This document shows positions 60,961-64,000 of a DNA stretch of 64,000 nucleotides, piece by piece. Position numbers and translations under genes: made by a program. Position 1 is the stretch's first letter. Each line of letters starts with the position of its first letter. Under the pieces are notes generated by a model. That model saw nothing but the letters and a program-made list of their open reading frames with translations. It was not told the origin of the DNA and searched no databases. This DNA comes from Malacoraja senta. Lineage: Eukaryota. The stretch is taken from NCBI GenBank assembly GCA_038087875.1, contig JAXLNO010000385.1, positions 620,001 to 684,000 on the forward strand. The letters are read 5' to 3'.

Positions 60961-62212
60961 TTCTATGGGGGCTAACGCGCTGCAATGCGAAGGACTATAT
61001 TCTAACAATCTTTCCTCTTCCTCGATCAAATTATCTTGTTTTTGATATGAGTGTGTTTATTTATTGTACAGCTTTTTTTGTTCCAATAACGGGAAAAACA
61101 AACCTTTTCGATTTAACGCGGTGCACACAAGAATAATAAACGCAAATCTACATTCTGCACCATGGTATTATTTTCTCAACAATGTCTTGTGTACTTATGT
61201 ATCGAATATAGACATGTACAACTATGGGATTGATTGGGGATGAACAGCCATGATCACAATGAATGGCGGTGGTGGCTCGAAGGGCCGAATGGCCTCCTCC
61301 TGCACCTATTTTCTATGTTTCAATGCAACACAGGGAAAGGCAAAGTCTGGGTCGAACATGATGTCAAGATAAATTAGTGTAATCTGCTTACTCAAATTGA
61401 TGGAGATCTCTCAGGTTTTTGCATATCCACATGCCCATACAAATGCCTCATAAACTCCATTGATACCAACAGCCTCCACCACCGACACGAGAAGAACATT
61501 TCAATAGACAATAGACAATAGGTGCAGGAGCAGGCCATTTGGCCCTTCGAGCCAACACCGCCATTCAATGTGATCATGGCTGATCATCCCCAATCAGTAC
61601 CCCGTTCCTGCCTTCTCCCCATATTCCCTGACTCCGCTATTTTTAAGAAACCTATCTATCTCTCTCTTGAAAGATTCCAGAGAACCGGCCTCCACCGCCC
61701 TCTGAGGCAGAGAATTCCACAGACTCACCACTCTCTGTGAGAAAAAGTGTTTCCTCGTCTCCGTTCTAAAAAAATTCAGGCATCGGACACCCCTCTACAT
61801 ATAGAAAACATGCCCCACACATCTCAATTGAACTTTGCCCTCTTCCATCCAGCCTTTGCATTTTCACCAACATGCTAACATTTCAACGCCCTCTCCAAAT
61901 CCTTTGCAACCTGCAGCGGGGGCAGTTCAGTACTCAATGGGTCAGGCAGCATTTGTGATGCGGATAGACAGGCGTTGTTTCTCGATGGGCTATTCCCCCA
62001 GATCTTCGCGGTTCCGATACAAAACGCCGTCTGTCCATTCCCTGCACAGTTTCTGCTCGACTCGCAGATTTGTTCCATCAATTTGTGTTTTCCACGCATT
62101 GTTTACGTCGGCTTCAGATCATCTGCGGCAAATCTAACGTCGTCAGATATGACGAGAAATGCAGCCGTCAACTAACGACAGAAAAGGTATGTCATAGCGC
62201 GAAGTGTGCCAG

Positions 62213-62810
62213 TGCCTGTCCCACTGTACGAGGTAATTCAAGAGCTCTCCCGAGTGGAAAAAAATCAAACTCGTGGTAAGCACGTAGAATGTACGTAGCC
62301 GGTACGTCGGAGCTCGGGGACGTCTCTTAACGGCTCGTACCGATAACGGCAGGTACTCGGGAAACGCGGTAAGCTCGTGAAGACTCGTGAAGATTTTCAA
62401 CACGTTTAAACGAGAAGAAAACATATAGCACATTTAATATCAAGTCTCGTTGACCAAAGTGCTGTAGACCAGAGCAGATACTAATGTGCTACATACAATG
62501 GTACACAGAGCTAACAATACATACACAAACTGTTTACAGCGCCCCTCAGAGGGCCTCAAAAACGCTATTGGGTAGAAATAGGTGTTGAGCCTCGATTTAA
62601 AGAAGTCGATGGCGGGGGTAGTTCTGATGAGGAGAGGGATGCTGTTCCACAGTCTAGGTGCTGCAACCGCAAAAGCGCGGTCACCCCTGAGCTTAAACCT
62701 AGACCGCGAGATAGTCAGTAGCCCCAAGTCGGCCGACCTGAGGGACCTGGAGGTAGAATGGTGGGCATAGAAGATTTTTGATACAGGATGGGGGCAAGCC
62801 GTTAGGGTGA
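62213..62810. mobile_element. MITE arm plus L2 3' fragment, paralog of 18760-19352
   Basis: Colinear with copy A; reads RGDRAFAVAAPRLWNSIP. Confidence 0.78.
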
Positions 62811-63099
62811 TTGGACGGGTGCATTTATAGGAAAGGTTAAAATGAATGTCGGGAATCGCGGGAAAATCGGACTCGCGTTGACAGCGCATCTCGGTTAGCA
62901 GAGACGAATTGAGCCAAAGTGACAGATTCAGTGATGTATGATTCTATAACTTCTACGAGTGATGGTTCAAATGGCCGTTGCAAGCTGTTCCGTGTGAGCA
63001 TGTGCGTAGTGGAGATTCTGAGCAGTTGAATGGGAATATTGGGAGGACAAACACTGATGGGTGCAAATGTATGTTGAACTATCGGCGTGGGTCAGAGGG

Positions 63100-64000
63100 T
63101 CACGGACGGACAAGTGCACGAATTGCACTCACTGTGAATTTACCGCGTGATCAGCTCAGCCCTGAATTTACTCTGGGTCACCACGTAAATACACGTGTTG
63201 GTGCAGGTACTGAGCAGCTGTAAGAAGCTCGACGTGACCGTTGTGATGTAGTAATAACCGGTGGGGAGCCGTCATATCGCACCTTCGCAATACCCGTAAA
63301 GATGTAAAATATGGCCTGTGTTGCCCACAGCAGGACGAAAGTGCTCGTGATACTGAAGAGTAAAACAATGGATTTCCTGCGGTTCTCCATCTCCGGGTCC
63401 TTGTCATTCTCTCCGTTGCTTTTTCCCCGGAGCCCCTGCGGACTCTGCTGGCCGCCACAATCCGCCTGACCGTCAGCACATTGAGCAGAAGGATCAGAAA
63501 GAACGGGATACAAGGGTTTAGAACGCGGTGTGTGATCTCATATGCGATCCATGCAGACGACGTATAGAAGGTGGGTTTCATGTAACAACCCCAGGGAAGA
63601 TTATCAAACACGTAGCCAGGTTCTATCGCAAAACACCGGGGGACGTTCTCTAAACAGCCCAGCACACTCACTGCCCCGATAATCACAGCCCGCGTTCTCT
63701 CAGTGCAATATCTTGTTTTCAGCTTCTCACAACAAATAGCCACAAACCGATCGAAGGTCAAGGCGACCGTCAGCCAGACAGAGACCGCGGTGGATGCAAA
63801 GACCAGGAATCCGACCGTCGTGCACACGGGAGTAATGTTCACCAAAGAATACGGGAAGTAAATTAGAATAGTCTGACGGAGAAACGGATCGGTGATGCCG
63901 ACCAGGAGATCAGACGCTGCCATGGCCACCAGGTAGACAGTGATGCATTTGGAGAGACCGCATTTACCTCGACAGAGAATCACAATCGCCAACAAGTTCA
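63100..64000 (-). pseudogene. Exon 2 of a GPR139/GPR142-like GPCR (copy B) with four -1 frameshifts; exon 1 is beyond the window
   Basis: ORFs 63168-63995 and 63178-63513 align end to end with copy A; the equivalent stop is at 63100. Confidence 0.88.

Overview
This is eukaryotic, very repeat-rich DNA with two 200-N assembly gaps. It is most likely from a cartilaginous fish (skate/ray), inferred from the CR1-dominated repeats, HE1-type V-SINEs and the receptor family. The only host genes are pieces of a minus-strand tandem array of two-exon GPR139/GPR142-like class A GPCRs: one exon 1 (233-308, missed by the ORF track) and two exon-2 copies (19646-20551 and 63100-64000). The exon-2 copies carry single-base homopolymer frameshifts and differ mainly on their extracellular/ligand-binding face. 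The array sits on two segmental duplications (about 5.95-20.55 kb vs 54.6-64 kb, and about 21.15-27.16 kb vs 28.34-33.55 kb). The rest is CR1 LINEs of two lineages, L2, L1 and Rex fragments, Penelope elements with hammerhead-like motifs, Tc1, Harbinger-like MITEs, a GC-rich Helitron family attached to multi-kb (GATA)n arrays, a Gypsy gag-pro fragment, an ERV remnant, a 27-bp minisatellite and a 63/64-bp satellite derived from a CR1 ORF1 start. All calls come from manual reading; no searches were run and repeat boundaries are approximate.
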